Shown: positions 10,753 to 22,715, counted from the first letter of the stretch. The stretch: 64,000 bases of DNA from Octopus sinensis (GCF_006345805.1 NC_043010.1:9672001-9736000); one strand, 5' to 3'. The notes: generated by a model not told the origin, from the letters alone. Made by a program: numbers and translations.

Positions 10753-11150
10753 AGGCATAGGAGTGGCTGTGTGGTAAGTAGCTTGTTTACCAACCACATG
10801 GTTCCGGGTTCAGTCCCACTGCGTGGCACCTTGGGCAAGTGTCTTCTACTATAGCCTCGGGCCGACCAAAGCCTTGTGAGTGGATTTGGTAGACGGAAAC
10901 TGAAAGAAGCCTGTCGTATATATGTATATATATATGCGTGTGTGTGTTTGTGTGTCTGTGTTTGTACCCCTAGCATTGCTTGACAACCGATGCTGGTGTG
11001 TTTATGTCCCTGTCACATAGCGGTTCGGCAAAAGAGACCGATAGAATAAGTACTGGGCTTACAAAAGAATAAGTCCCGGGGTTGATTTGCTCGACTAAAG
11101 GCGGTGCTCCAGCATGGCCGCAGTCAAATGACTGAAACAAGTAAAAGATA
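10753..11150 (+). mobile_element. SINE family B, full length
   Basis: Near-consensus head, CORE-like block and tail. Confidence 0.9.
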
Positions 11151-12046
11151 TAGATAAAAGATAAAAAAAAGATATCTGTTAATGGTTATTTTCAATATTT
11201 TTCTCACTGGATTAAGTGGTCATTTCTCTTTTTGTTCTTCTGCAATTATATTTTGGGATCTTCTTTATATATGAAGAATTTTTCTCCATCTGACTGTTTT
11301 TCGCTCTACAAATTGGAAAGTTGAATTTTGGAACAGTCATTTTAACAAGTTTTTATTCATTTATTTATTTATCACCTGATGAGATACATCTGTACCTTCA
11401 GATACTCCTGAACCAGTTTTTTGTGTGTCCCACAAGAGGAGTCGATGCTGGATGTGTCAAAACAATTGTTGTGATTAATAATATATTCTCATATATTCCA
11501 TCTTCTGTCTTTCATTTAAAAATATTGTTTAAATATTTCTGATTATTTTTTAAATATTTCAATTAACCTGAAGATTGACTGTAACCATAACTCGAATTAT
11601 TAATTGAATTTAAATTATTGTTATTTGAATTGGTACAGCTATGAAACGATCGTAGTGTTTTACTCTTTAACTTTTATTAAACTTTTTATACTTTTGATAT
11701 ATATAAAAAATAAATAAATAAATAAATTAATAAATTAATAAATAAAATAATATATAAATATAAAGATATACATACATATATATATATTTGTGAAGTGAGG
11801 TAGACACCGCGGAAGTGAGGTAGACTGAGGAAAGCATGGAGGAGGAGATTGGGAGGGTTGGCTTGAGAAAGGAGGATGCCGAAAACTGGGCGAGATGGTG
11901 TAAGGGCGGTTGCTATGGCATTGAGGTAGATCCAGCCAACCCTGTTAACGGGAATAAAATCTGGATTTAGAACATTGTTCAATCAATTCAATTCTTTGTC
12001 TGACCAAATGTGTTTTTTTTTATTTTATATGTTTTCATATGCATGT

Positions 12047-12226
12047 GCATCTGATCGTGGCCGTTGCCACCCACTACTCTCACGGAGTGGTTGGCATTAG
12101 GAAGGGCATCCAGCCGTAGAAACATTGCCAGATCAGACTGGGCCTGGTGCAGCCTTCTGGCTTCCCAGACCCCAGTTGAACCGTCCAACCCATGCTAGCA
12201 TGGAAAGCAGATGCTAAATGATGATG
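12047..12226 (+). mobile_element. RTE-LINE 3' UTR fragment (family C)
   Basis: ggagtggttggcattaggaagggcatcc...catggaaagcagatgctaaatgatgatg. Confidence 0.8.
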
Positions 12227-12629
12227 TATATATATATATAAAATTTATAAGTTTAAATTATTTAAATAATTTTTTATTTTTAACTTTTATATTTTTAAAT
12301 TAATTTTATGTATTGGCTTATGTTTTTCACTGTTTGATTTGCCTAATAGTGGTTTTATCTCTAATTTAATATAATATAATATAATATATTTATACTATAA
12401 AATTGGATTTAATCCTAAATCTAATTTTTCCCTGTAAGTTTGGATTTATTCCCTAATATTATTATTATATATATATTATATTTCATGGAGCTAATCAACG
12501 ACAGCTTTTAGTCTTATATCTATAAGATTGCCATATTAATATGGCGATAACAATTAATTTCCAGTAACGCTGTCGTAATCTCTTTTAGAGAGACTTAGTA
12601 ATTTTAATATTTCTACTATATATATATAT

Positions 12630-12667
<38 letters not shown>

Positions 12668-12866
12668 GACCGCATGTGTACCATTGGCGATGTTCTTTCC
12701 TCTGTCTTCCCTTCTCTGGATCTTTCCTTCTCCTATGTTTCCGACGAAGAGCTCCGCTCGAAACGTTAAACCCTCCTTCTTTCCTTCTTTCCTGAGCGTC
12801 CAATAATACTATATTTGTTCTACGTCCTCGCGTTGTGTTTTTTTGTGCTTTCATGTTTGGATTAAC

Positions 12867-12868
<2 letters not shown>
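12668..12868 (+). mobile_element. Penelope-like non-autonomous repeat P1
   Basis: Flanked by (TA)n on both sides; reverse complement of 2499-2712. Confidence 0.6.
12737..12771 (+). ncRNA. Minimal type-I hammerhead ribozyme-like motif (U4C core variant)
   Basis: GUUU-CCGACGA-A-GAGC ucc GCUC-GAA-ACGU-U-AAAC: stem I GUUU/AAAC, stem II GAGC/GCUC, palindromic ACGU stem III. Confidence 0.55.
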
Positions 12869-12897
<29 letters not shown>

Positions 12898-13340
12898 TAT
12901 ATATGTACATACATTTATATATCTCTATATATAAAACTGAAATGCGTTTTTACCGCTTGGATCGCTTTCAATGCCACTACATCCTGTCTGATTCGCTCCA
13001 AAATTTACAGGAACATGTAGAATGAGATGACGATGCGCATGGTCTACCTTAGAAATCCCTATCTTAAAAGGTGTGGTTGCTAGGGGCCATCTTCCTCACT
13101 CACCCTACTTCCTCCAGTACTCTCTCACTCCTCTTCATTTGACAATGCCACTACGGTTATTTAATGTAAAGTCTTCCTCAAATCACTCTCTCGCTGTTTT
13201 CTCTCTTCCAAGAACATTTTCACTCACTCTTATCTCTTAGCTTCCCATACATTTTACTCATGTATCTATCAGTTTCATAGACAGAAACAAATATTACATC
13301 GCCATCGCCATCGCCATCGCATTCTATTGTCTACCTGTCA

Positions 13341-13371
<31 letters not shown>

Positions 13372-13473
13372 TATATCTAATATTATATTTTTATTTTTAT
13401 GTTTTTGTTTTTGGTTTTTTACTGTTTCATTTCCCTATTAGTGGTTTTATCTCTAATTTAATTTCTACAGCGT

Positions 13474-13509
<36 letters not shown>

Positions 13510-14121
13510 ACACACCTATACGTGGCCCCAGTACACCCCGAATGAATTCGGGTTCTCTTCATCAAAATGTGAAAAGGGGTCTACAATTATCATCGCCACA
13601 ACTTATGTATGTCTTCCTCACTCACTCACTCTTTTTCCTAATGATAATTATCATCGCCACCACCAACACCACCAACACACAATCATGACAATCTTTCTCT
13701 TAAAGCAAATCATGTTTACATTGCAAAATATTTCATTTTCCCGTCCTCTCTTTCATATATCACCTTTTCTTTCTCGAGCTCTCTCTTTTTTCGCCGTCTC
13801 TATTTATTCTACAACGAGTCTATCAATGACAGCCGCAAAAGTTTCAATATTCCTACTTCACCTCTTTCAGAAACGCAACAGATATTATTTTTTTTTGCCG
13901 GGGTTAAAGCCCACTACAGCCCGTCGGATTCACTCCAAAATTTACACCTTCTCTTTCTACCTCTAACTTCCATTCAATTTCTCTTTATCTCCATTCTTAA
14001 AGATAATTATCATCGCCACCATCACCACCAACACACAATCTGGACAATCTTTCTCTTATAACAAATCATGTTTACATTGCAACGACGTCTGCCACCTCCG
14101 CCGTCTCTATTTATTCTGCAA

Positions 14122-14319
14122 ATGACCAGAACTCGGGAAACTTGGTTGAGTGTTCTATGGTCTATGACCAGAACTCGGGAAACTTGCTTGACTGTTCTAT
14201 GGTCTATGACCAGAACTCGGGAAACTTGCTTGACTGTTCTATGGTCTATGACCAGAACTCGGGAAACTTGGTTGAGTGTTCTATGGTCTATGACCAGAAC
14301 TTGGGAAACTTGGTTGAGT
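14122..14319. repeat. 42-bp minisatellite, about 4.7 copies
   Basis: atgaccagaactcgggaaacttg(g/c)ttga(g/c)tgttctatggtct at 14122, 14164, 14206, 14248 and 14290. Confidence 0.95.
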
Positions 14320-15006
14320 CCTCATCTTATAAAATGTGGCCCCAGAAGACCGAAATGAAATCGGGCTATATTAACCAAAATGTGAAAAGGGGTCTAAATG
14401 GGGCTGGAAGGGGATTAAAATTTAAAGGAGCGGGTGTTTAGCAATTCTCTGTTACATCAAGCTAAAAAATTTGCGCCAGCCTTTTAATCATCAATGTGTT
14501 GCCGTCCATGATGAAGAAGTTTTGAATGCTTGCCATCGTGAGTCTACTGTCGTGAGAAAGAATCAATTCAAAACTTGGTTTTTAGGGATTTTCTTTTACA
14601 TCAAGTTCAAAATTTTACGCCAGCCGTTGAACTGTCAATACGTTGCTGTCCGTCGTTAAGAAATGCCAGCCATGGTGACTCTACTATCCTCAAATTCTAT
14701 CCCTTCAAACTTTGGTTTCCAATATTTTATTATTTTTATTCAGATCGCAAGTTCGTCTGTCCCTTTTAAATGTTAGTGTTTTGCTGTCTGTCTTGAAGCA
14801 GACCTTTCCGTTGTTACTGCCTGATATTTATGATTGATCTTTCTAAATATTTTATTTCTCAACTTACTCAAGATCTTTTGTTGTTTATAAATGGGAGAGA
14901 GATACATAAAGATAGAGAGTAAGAGAAAGCGAGGGAGAGTCTGAGAGAAAGGAAGAGTAAGAGAGTGGGAAAGTGAGAGAGAAAGGAGAAAGAAACAAAG
15001 AGGGAG

Positions 15007-15322
15007 AATCATCATCATCATCATCATCGTTTAACGTCCGTTTTCCGTGCTAGCACGGGTTGGACAGTTTGACAGGGGTCTGGGAAGCCAGGAGGCTGCA
15101 CCAGGCTCCAGTCTGATCTGGCAGTGTTTCGACAGGTGGATGCCCTTCCTAACGCCAACCACTCTGTGAGCGTAGTGGGTGCTTTTTTCGTGCCGCCTGC
15201 ACAGGTGCCAGGGGGGCTGGCAGCGGCCACGATCGGTTGGTGCTTTTTACGTGCCACCAGCACAGAAGCCAGTCAAGGCGGCACTGCAATCCGCCACGTT
15301 TGGATGGTGCTTTTTACGTGCT
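15007..15322 (-). mobile_element. RTE-LINE 3' UTR fragment with 3 repeat modules
   Basis: (CAT)n tail and ggtgctttttacgtgcc modules. Confidence 0.85.
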
Positions 15323-15411
15323 GAAAGGAAGCAACAGAAAGTAACAACCACACTCTTACCCGCGCGTAGAGCGGGTCACCTTCAGCTAGTTATATATATA
15401 TATATTTTATA

Positions 15412-15443
<32 letters not shown>

Positions 15444-15828
15444 AAATGATATATATATATTTTGATGATAACATATTTATGTGTGTGTGTATGAGTGTCT
15501 CTCTCTATATATATATATGTATACATAGTGAGAGAGAAAGAAATGGGGGAGGGAGAGAGACCAGTTGCAGGATTCATTAGAATCTAGGTATATCAACAGG
15601 ATTGGTTGGGCACATAGTACTGGCAATACAGTACATTAAGGAAATTGTTAGCTGTTGTCTCTTGTTAGTGTGCTGTAAGTAATATATATATATACACACA
15701 TCTCTCTCTCTCTATATATATATATATACAAATATACACCTAGATAGATACATATATACACAGGTACCTAATCCAGTGTCAACTGCAGATCCAACCCAGG
15801 GATGCCTCCAAGTGTAGCTTATGTTCGA

Positions 15829-16154
15829 AAGAAGAACATAAGTGGGGTTCAAAATTCACAACAGCTGTTTCAGTAGCATTTTATTGATGCATTCTCATGG
15901 CAAAAACTCACCATAGTCAAGTAGATTTTAAACATACAAACAGGTAAGGTAGAAATAGAAGATGACTAATTCACCAACTACCAAGCTGGTTGGTGAACTA
16001 GTCATCTTCAATTTCTACCTTACCTTTTATATATTTGTGTGTTTAAAATTTACCTGACTATGGCAGATTTTTGGCATGATATATTCTGAGAATGCATGAA
16101 TAAAATGCTGCTGAAGTAGCAGTTGTAAATTGTGAACCCCACTATTGTGCTTCT

Positions 16155-16155
<1 letters not shown>
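15829..16155. repeat. Imperfect fold-back palindrome with a near-perfect 84-nt core
   Basis: 15841-15978 aligns with the reverse complement of 15989-16145; core arms 37 nt with 2 mismatches, 10-nt loop. Confidence 0.85.
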
Positions 16156-16235
<80 letters not shown>

Positions 16236-16303
16236 ATATATGTATATATGTATGTATATGTTTATGTATATATATATGTGTATATATATGTGTATATTTA
16301 TAT

Positions 16304-16363
<60 letters not shown>

Positions 16364-17819
16364 GGTACGTGCACACCCGTTGATATTGCAAAATCTGAAA
16401 AATATTTGCACACAGAAATAAAAATGGAATTAAATGTAAGGAAGCAGCTGCAGTGTACAAGAATGATGACTGCACAGTTACAGAAACGTGATGCATATTG
16501 GAGATGGCAATTGTGTACAGAAGCATTAAACTATTGAAATAGAAAGGAACTTGCTAAACAGGAAAAAAAACTAAGAAAGATGCTTGGAGAAGTTGTAAAA
16601 GTCGAATTCAAAATGTTGAAGCTCATAATGGATATGACAAAGAACTATAATAACAAGTGGGAAGATGCTGTGATAGAGAATACTTGTTCTGACCGCCAAA
16701 ATATTGAGCATAAGTAGAGGAAGACTACTTGTATGTATGTAAGCAAAATTGTTCCAGACATCAACTCATTTACATAACGGTGCAAAGTTCACGCCCTGAC
16801 ATTAATCACCAAGAGTACCAATACAATGTTTGTTATGAATACATAAATAGAAAGAGTCATATCTGAATGTCATATCTAAATGTATTTAGTTTCACGGTGA
16901 TATTTGGCTCTATGAAGTGCTTTTGTTTTTTTTTTTGTGTTTTTGTTTTTTTGTCAGTGGTAAGGGCTGAAGATCAAATCATTCAGTTTTGTTGTTATTG
17001 AACAAACTCAACACAGTATTCGCTTACCTCTCTCCCTTCTGAGGTGCCTAAGTGATAGGAGCAAAAATCTACTTATTAAAACATATATATGTATATGGCC
17101 CAGACACAATTTATTTAAATAATGGTACGAAGATGACAGCCTGCCAATAATTACAAAAGTAACAATATATCATGGAATAAATAAATAAGGAATTTAGTCT
17201 GGTGCTGTAGAGATATGACCATTTTCATAAAATCAAGCTTGCTGTTATTTTGTGAAAAAGAATATTCAATTTTAAGTAGAAAATATGAATGATTTCAAAT
17301 AATGGATGCTGTGTTGTTCATGCATTTTTCAATAGCTTTATCTAAGCTGGAGACACAGGATTCAATTTAGGCTGCACTCACCAAAATATATTGCTATCAT
17401 AATTTAATTCTTTAACTGGTTTTGGTCATTGAACTTGGGCAATGGAGGGACATTACCTTCAAAGGATTTCAGTGAGTTATGTGATGTGAACATCAGTCAT
17501 TTTATCAATCTCTGTAATTGAATGCTAAGTTTAAAGTATGGCTTTGAACCATGTAGCAGCAAAGTGAACATCTTATTCACACAACTATATTTGTATTCCT
17601 AATAGAATTATATGTTATGTTGAAAAGGAAATCCTGTTGCATTTCAAGATGGGAAAGAAACGAAAGCTTCTTAAGTCTTAATTGATATATTTAATCATGA
17701 TAATATTTCCCTTCATTATTGATAAGATAATCCCAACTATCTGACAAATTTTTAATCCCTCAGGTATAACATTTTTCTGGTTTTGAAGCAAAGAAACATT
17801 CAATATCTCATTCTTGCCC

Positions 17820-18256
17820 ACATCATCATCATCATCATCATCATCGTTTAGCATCCGCTTTCCATGCTAGCATGGGTTGGACGGTTCAACTGGGGTCTGG
17901 GAAGCCAGAAGGCTGCACCCAGGCCCAGTCTGATCTGGCAGTGTTTCTACGGCTGGATGCCCTTCCTAACGCCAACCACTCCAAGAGTGTAGTGGGTGCT
18001 TTTTACGTGCCAGACGAAGCTGGCAAACGGCCACGATCGGATGGTACTTTTTATGTGCCACCAGCACAGAGACCAAACAAAGCTGGCATCGGCCACGATC
18101 AGATTGTGCTTTACGTGCCACCGGCACGGAGACCAGACGAAGCTGGCAATGGCCACGGTCGGATGGTGCTTTTTACATGCCACTGGCACAGAAGCCAGTC
18201 GGGGCGGCGCTGGCTATGGCCACATTCGGCTGGTTCTCTTACGTGTCACCGGCACT
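17820..18256 (-). mobile_element. RTE-LINE 3' UTR fragment with 5 repeat modules
   Basis: (CAT)n tail and five ggtgctttttacgtgccaccggcac-like units at about 60-bp period. Confidence 0.85.
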
Positions 18257-18320
18257 GCTATCACAGCTACAAATTCCACTGATGTTGATAGATTACGATT
18301 TTGATTTTCACTGGCCTCAT

Positions 18321-18960
18321 AAACTGTTTTCCCTCTAATAATGTTTGCAAAGATCTGAAAAGATGATAGTAAGATGAAACAGAGTTAGGAGCAGTAAGAA
18401 TTTCATATTTAGTGCCATTAATATTTTCCCGGGTGATCTTGGAAATATATGGTCATACATTATCATGTTATAGCAACACCCTTTTACAATTGATCAATGA
18501 TGGGTGCTTTTTCTGAAAATAATTGTATAATGCTTCCAAATGATTAGAATATTTCTCTACTTTAAGTGTTTCATTTTGGTTCAAAACTTCATCATAAACA
18601 ATTCCCTTCATATCCCACCAAACACAGAGCATAACTTTTGGGAAATGTAATCTTAGTTTGAGGATGGATTTTCTTTTTTGCAGTGAGAGAGATAGTTTCG
18701 GTTCTTTTCATTAGATATCACTTGTAATGACTGTACCCAGGAAAGTTTTGGTAAAAGTCTACTCTTCAATAACAAGCAGAGGGCAGCCCTTTGATTAAGC
18801 TGAGTAGCAGTCAGTTGATGACAGATCCACTGGTCAAGTTTAGACACTTTTCCTTGTTCATGAAGGTGTTTTATGGACAAAGAATTACTTAAATTTGAAC
18901 TGTTTTGCTAATTCTCATGCAGTTTGATTTGGACCATCTTCAATTGTGGCTGAGTTGCTG
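18321..18960 (-). pseudogene. Degraded mariner transposase
   Basis: With stops and frameshifts reads KHLHEQGKVSKLDQWICHQLT, KVMLCVWWDMKG, VLL*HDNV*P, YHLFRSLQ..LEGKQF, matching mariner WVPHEL, CVWWD, HDNARPH and DYHLFRSL motifs. Confidence 0.85.
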
Positions 18961-19365
18961 TGTTTCTGGCTGAACTTAAGGCAACCAGTGACTAAAAACC
19001 TTAGAAGAGAAGCTAATGAAGGACTCCTTAATAGTTATTTGATTAACTAAATACAGTAGCAAAATCTCTCCCAGATCACATCTTTTCATCATAAAAAAGA
19101 AAAAGAAATCCTGGATAATTCAACCTAAACAACACTGTGTCTGAAAATAAGTAGACAAGATGGTCAAGGTTGGAAGGTCTTTTATTTTAGGTTACCTGAA
19201 TCAGGACTGACTTGAAGTTAAACAACAACTACAATATCAACTTTAGCGTACGTAATTCCTCTGTTTGTGTGCTTGTTACCAACGGAAGTCGGCAAGGGAG
19301 CCTCTATACAGTTGCTGGAATTGCTAGAAATGACAGCAAATTCTCCTTCAAATTACACTCTGCCC

Positions 19366-20150
19366 TCCATCCATCCATCCATCCATCCAACCATCCATCC
19401 ATCCATCCATCCAACCATCCATCCATCCATCCTACCATCCATCCATCCACCCATCTATCCATCCAACCATCCACCCATTCATCCATCTAACCATCCATCC
19501 ATCCAACCATCCATCCAACCATCCATCCATCCAACCATCCATCCATCCATCCATCCATCCAACCATCCATCCATCCATCCAACCATCCATCCATCCAACC
19601 ATCCATCCAACCATCCATCCAACCATCCATCCATCCATCCATCCAACCATCCATCCATCCATCCATCCACCCACCCAACCATCCATCCATCCATCCATCC
19701 ATCCATCCATCCATCCAACCATCCATGCATCCAACCATCCATCCATCCAACCATCCATCCATCCATCCAACCATCCATCCAGCCAACCATCCATCCATCC
19801 ATCCAACCATCCATCCATCCATCCATCCAACCATCCATCCATCCATCCATCCACCCACCCAACCATCCATCCATCCATCCATCCATCCATCCAACCATCC
19901 ATCCATCCATCCAACCATCCATCCATCCAACCATCCATCCATCCATCCATCCATCCATCCAACCATCCATCCATCCACCCACCCAACCATCCATCCATCC
20001 AACCATCCATCCAACCATCCATCCATCCATCCATCCAACCATCCATCCATCCAACCATCCATCCATCCATCCATCCAACCATCCAACCATCCAACCAACC
20101 ATCCATCCATCCACCCATCTATCCATCAATCCATTCATCCATTCATTTTC
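19366..20150. repeat. (CCAT)n tetranucleotide array with CCAA variants, about 0.8 kb
   Basis: Read directly from the sequence. Confidence 0.98.
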
Positions 20151-20409
20151 TTTGCCCACTATTTTTGGGAAGGTCATGGGGGTAAAGTCATTGATTTAAA
20201 AATAATTTTTTTGTTGTTTTTGTTTTTGTTTTACCTACACTATAGAATCCTATCAGAAATATAGAATCACCAAAAAAATATTGCTGTCAATCTTTAATTC
20301 TTTTATTGGTTTCAGTCATTGAACCTGGTTCAATAGATGGACATTACCTTCAAAAGGTTTCAGTGAATTATGTGAACACCAACACTTAGCGGCCATTTTA
20401 TCAATGTCT

Positions 20410-20722
20410 CTCTTTTACTCGTTTCAGTCACTTGACTGCGGCCATGCTGGAGCACCGCATTTAATCGAGCAACTCGACCCCGGGACTTATTCTTTTGTAA
20501 GCCCATTACTTATTCTATCGGTCTCTTTTGCAGAACCGCTAAGTAACGGGGCCATAAACACACCAGCATCGGTTGTCAAGCAATGCTAGGGGGACAAACA
20601 CAGACACACAAACACACACACGCATGTATATACATATATACGACGGGCTTCTTTCAGTTTCCGTCTACCAAATCCACTCACAAGGCTTTGGTCGGCCTGA
20701 GGCTATAGTAGAAGACACTTGC
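20410..20722 (-). mobile_element. SINE family B, 5'-truncated
   Basis: Tail and body through agacacttgcc; head absent. Confidence 0.85.
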
Positions 20723-20892
20723 CGAATGCAAAGTTTAAATTATGACTTTGAGCCTTGCAGCAGCAAAGTGAACATCTTATTCCCACAACTATATCTGCAC
20801 TCCTAATAGAATTTATAAGCTAGGTTGAAAAGGAATCCTGCAGCATTTTAAGATGGGAAAGAAACAAATGCGTCTTTGGTCTTAACTGATAC

Positions 20893-21472
20893 CTATTTCT
20901 TTACTACCCACAAGGGGCTAAACACAGATAGTGAACGAGATAGTGAAGATGTCAATGACCGCTCAGTTCAAAGTCTCTCTTGACCAGAAATGGCCTGAAC
21001 TCTTTGCATGAACACCCCTGTACATAACTCCATGTCCCCCTACATGGCCTTGCTTTTTGCTTTTTGAGCCAAAAAATTAACTTAACTTAACAGAGGGGAC
21101 AAACAAGGACAGACAAATGGATTAAGTCGATTACATCGACCCCAGTGCATAACTGGTACGTAATCTATCGACGCCGAAAGGATGAAATGTAAAGTCGACC
21201 TCGGTGGAATTTGAACTCAGAACGTAAAGACAGACGAAATACCTATTTCTTTACTACACACAAGGGGCTAAACATAGAGGGGACAAACAAGGACAGACAA
21301 ATGGATTAAGTCGATTACATCGACCCCAGTGCGTAACTGGCACTTAATTTATCGACCCCGAAAGGATGAAAGGCAAAGTCGACCTCGGCAGAATTTGAAC
21401 TCAGAACGTAACGGCAGATGAAATATGGCTACGCATTTCACCCGGCATGCTCACGTTTCTGCCAGCTCGCAG
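20893..21472 (-). mobile_element. SINE A1 head-to-tail dimer, interrupted by a CR1 fragment
   Basis: Junction gacgaaatacc|tatttc at 21243/21244; head at about 21470. Confidence 0.85.
20929..21089 (+). mobile_element. 3' end of a CR1-clade LINE with (CTTAA)n tail
   Basis: Reads VNEIVKMSMTAQFKVSLDQKWPELFA*, resembling the CR1 C-terminal V..FK.RLD..W motif; tail aacttaacttaac; acaga duplicated at the flanks. Confidence 0.65.
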
Positions 21473-22355
21473 CCTTGTTAAATCAACCTGAGTGAAAATT
21501 GAACCCACAATGGAATGAGTCAGAGAAAATACTGCAAAGAAATTTTTCCTGCTACTGTAACATTTCTGCCATTTTGTTGCTTTACTACAAGCACTAGTGG
21601 TGCCATTGTAAAAAGTTTGTATCATTAAATTCTTCATCTCCATTGCCATCATCTTTCCATTTTTATTTGTAATTCCACCGTTACTACTACTACCACATTC
21701 CACCACCACCACACCAGAAAGGAATGGAGGCCTCTACATGATCATTCAACTTTTTAGAAATAGCAACCCTATTTCTCTCAAATCACACTTTATAGTCTTA
21801 AGAAAGGAAGGACATGTTGGATGATGTAATTACCGAAATACAAAAAAGAATGAAATCATCACAACAGGAAAAATGTCTTTGAAAATGGTTCTGTTGGATC
21901 AAGAATGGAATGCCTTTCATCTTAGGTCAGCTGGATCAGAATTGGAATGTCTTTGATCATAGGTCTGCCTGCAGGATCAGGGTTGACCTAGGGCTAAACA
22001 ACAAAAAAATAATGACATGAACAGAGATGGTCACCAATACTGCGTTTCTTCAAATATTCCTACTAAATTACCATTGCAAAAAAATAAAAAAATTATTTCT
22101 ATCATTGTTGCAAAATCATCATCATAATTAATGCCACAACATCATCATGACAACCACCAACCACCATCATGTTGAATAAATCACACTACAGCACAATTAT
22201 CATACACCACTACAACCCCCCCCCCCCCGTTTCCATCATCATCAGCGCCACCACCACTGTCGATGCCACCACCGCCAACACCACCAGCATCAGCACCACC
22301 ACAACTTCCGCCACTGTCACCAACACAACCAAGACCACCAGCACCACTGGTCACT

Positions 22356-22715
22356 GCCACCACCACCACCACTACCACCACCACCACCACTACCACCACC
22401 ACCACCACTACCACCACCACCACTACTGTCACCACTACCACCACCACCACCACCACCACCACTACTGTCACCACCACCACCACCACCACCACCATCATCA
22501 TCACCACTACTGCCACCACCACCACCACCACCACTACCACCACCACCACCACTACCACCACCACCACCACTACTGCCACCACCACCACCACCACCACTAC
22601 CACTAATGTCACCACTATCACCACCACCAGTATCACCACCACCACCACCACTACCACCACCACCACCACCACCACCACCACTACAGTCACCCTACCACTA
22701 CCACCACGACCACTA
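22356..22715. repeat. (CAC/TAC)n trinucleotide array; looser CAC/CAT-rich sequence spans about 22200-23120
   Basis: Read directly from the sequence. Confidence 0.95.

Larger units (their letters stand above)
12922..15389 (+). mobile_element. Candidate composite non-autonomous Helitron
   Basis: 5' A|TCTCTATATATAAAAC at 12922; 3' hairpin acccgc-gcgtaga-gcgggt (15358-15376) then CTAG|T (15386-15390); pairing the two ends is inference. Confidence 0.45.

Noticed and set aside
14122-14319. Tandem hammerheads in the 42-bp repeat (ctatga...gaaac)
   Set aside because: Core lacks the G of CUGA, stem II has a mismatch and stem I cannot form
16540-16650. Tc1-like C-terminus (DAWRSCKSRIQNVEAHNGY)
   Set aside because: Resemblance limited to a few residues; no upstream catalytic motif or TIR found
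19267-20264. Long ORFs (up to 310 aa, HPSI and MDGW repeats)
   Set aside because: Translations of the (CCAT)n array, which lacks stop codons by composition
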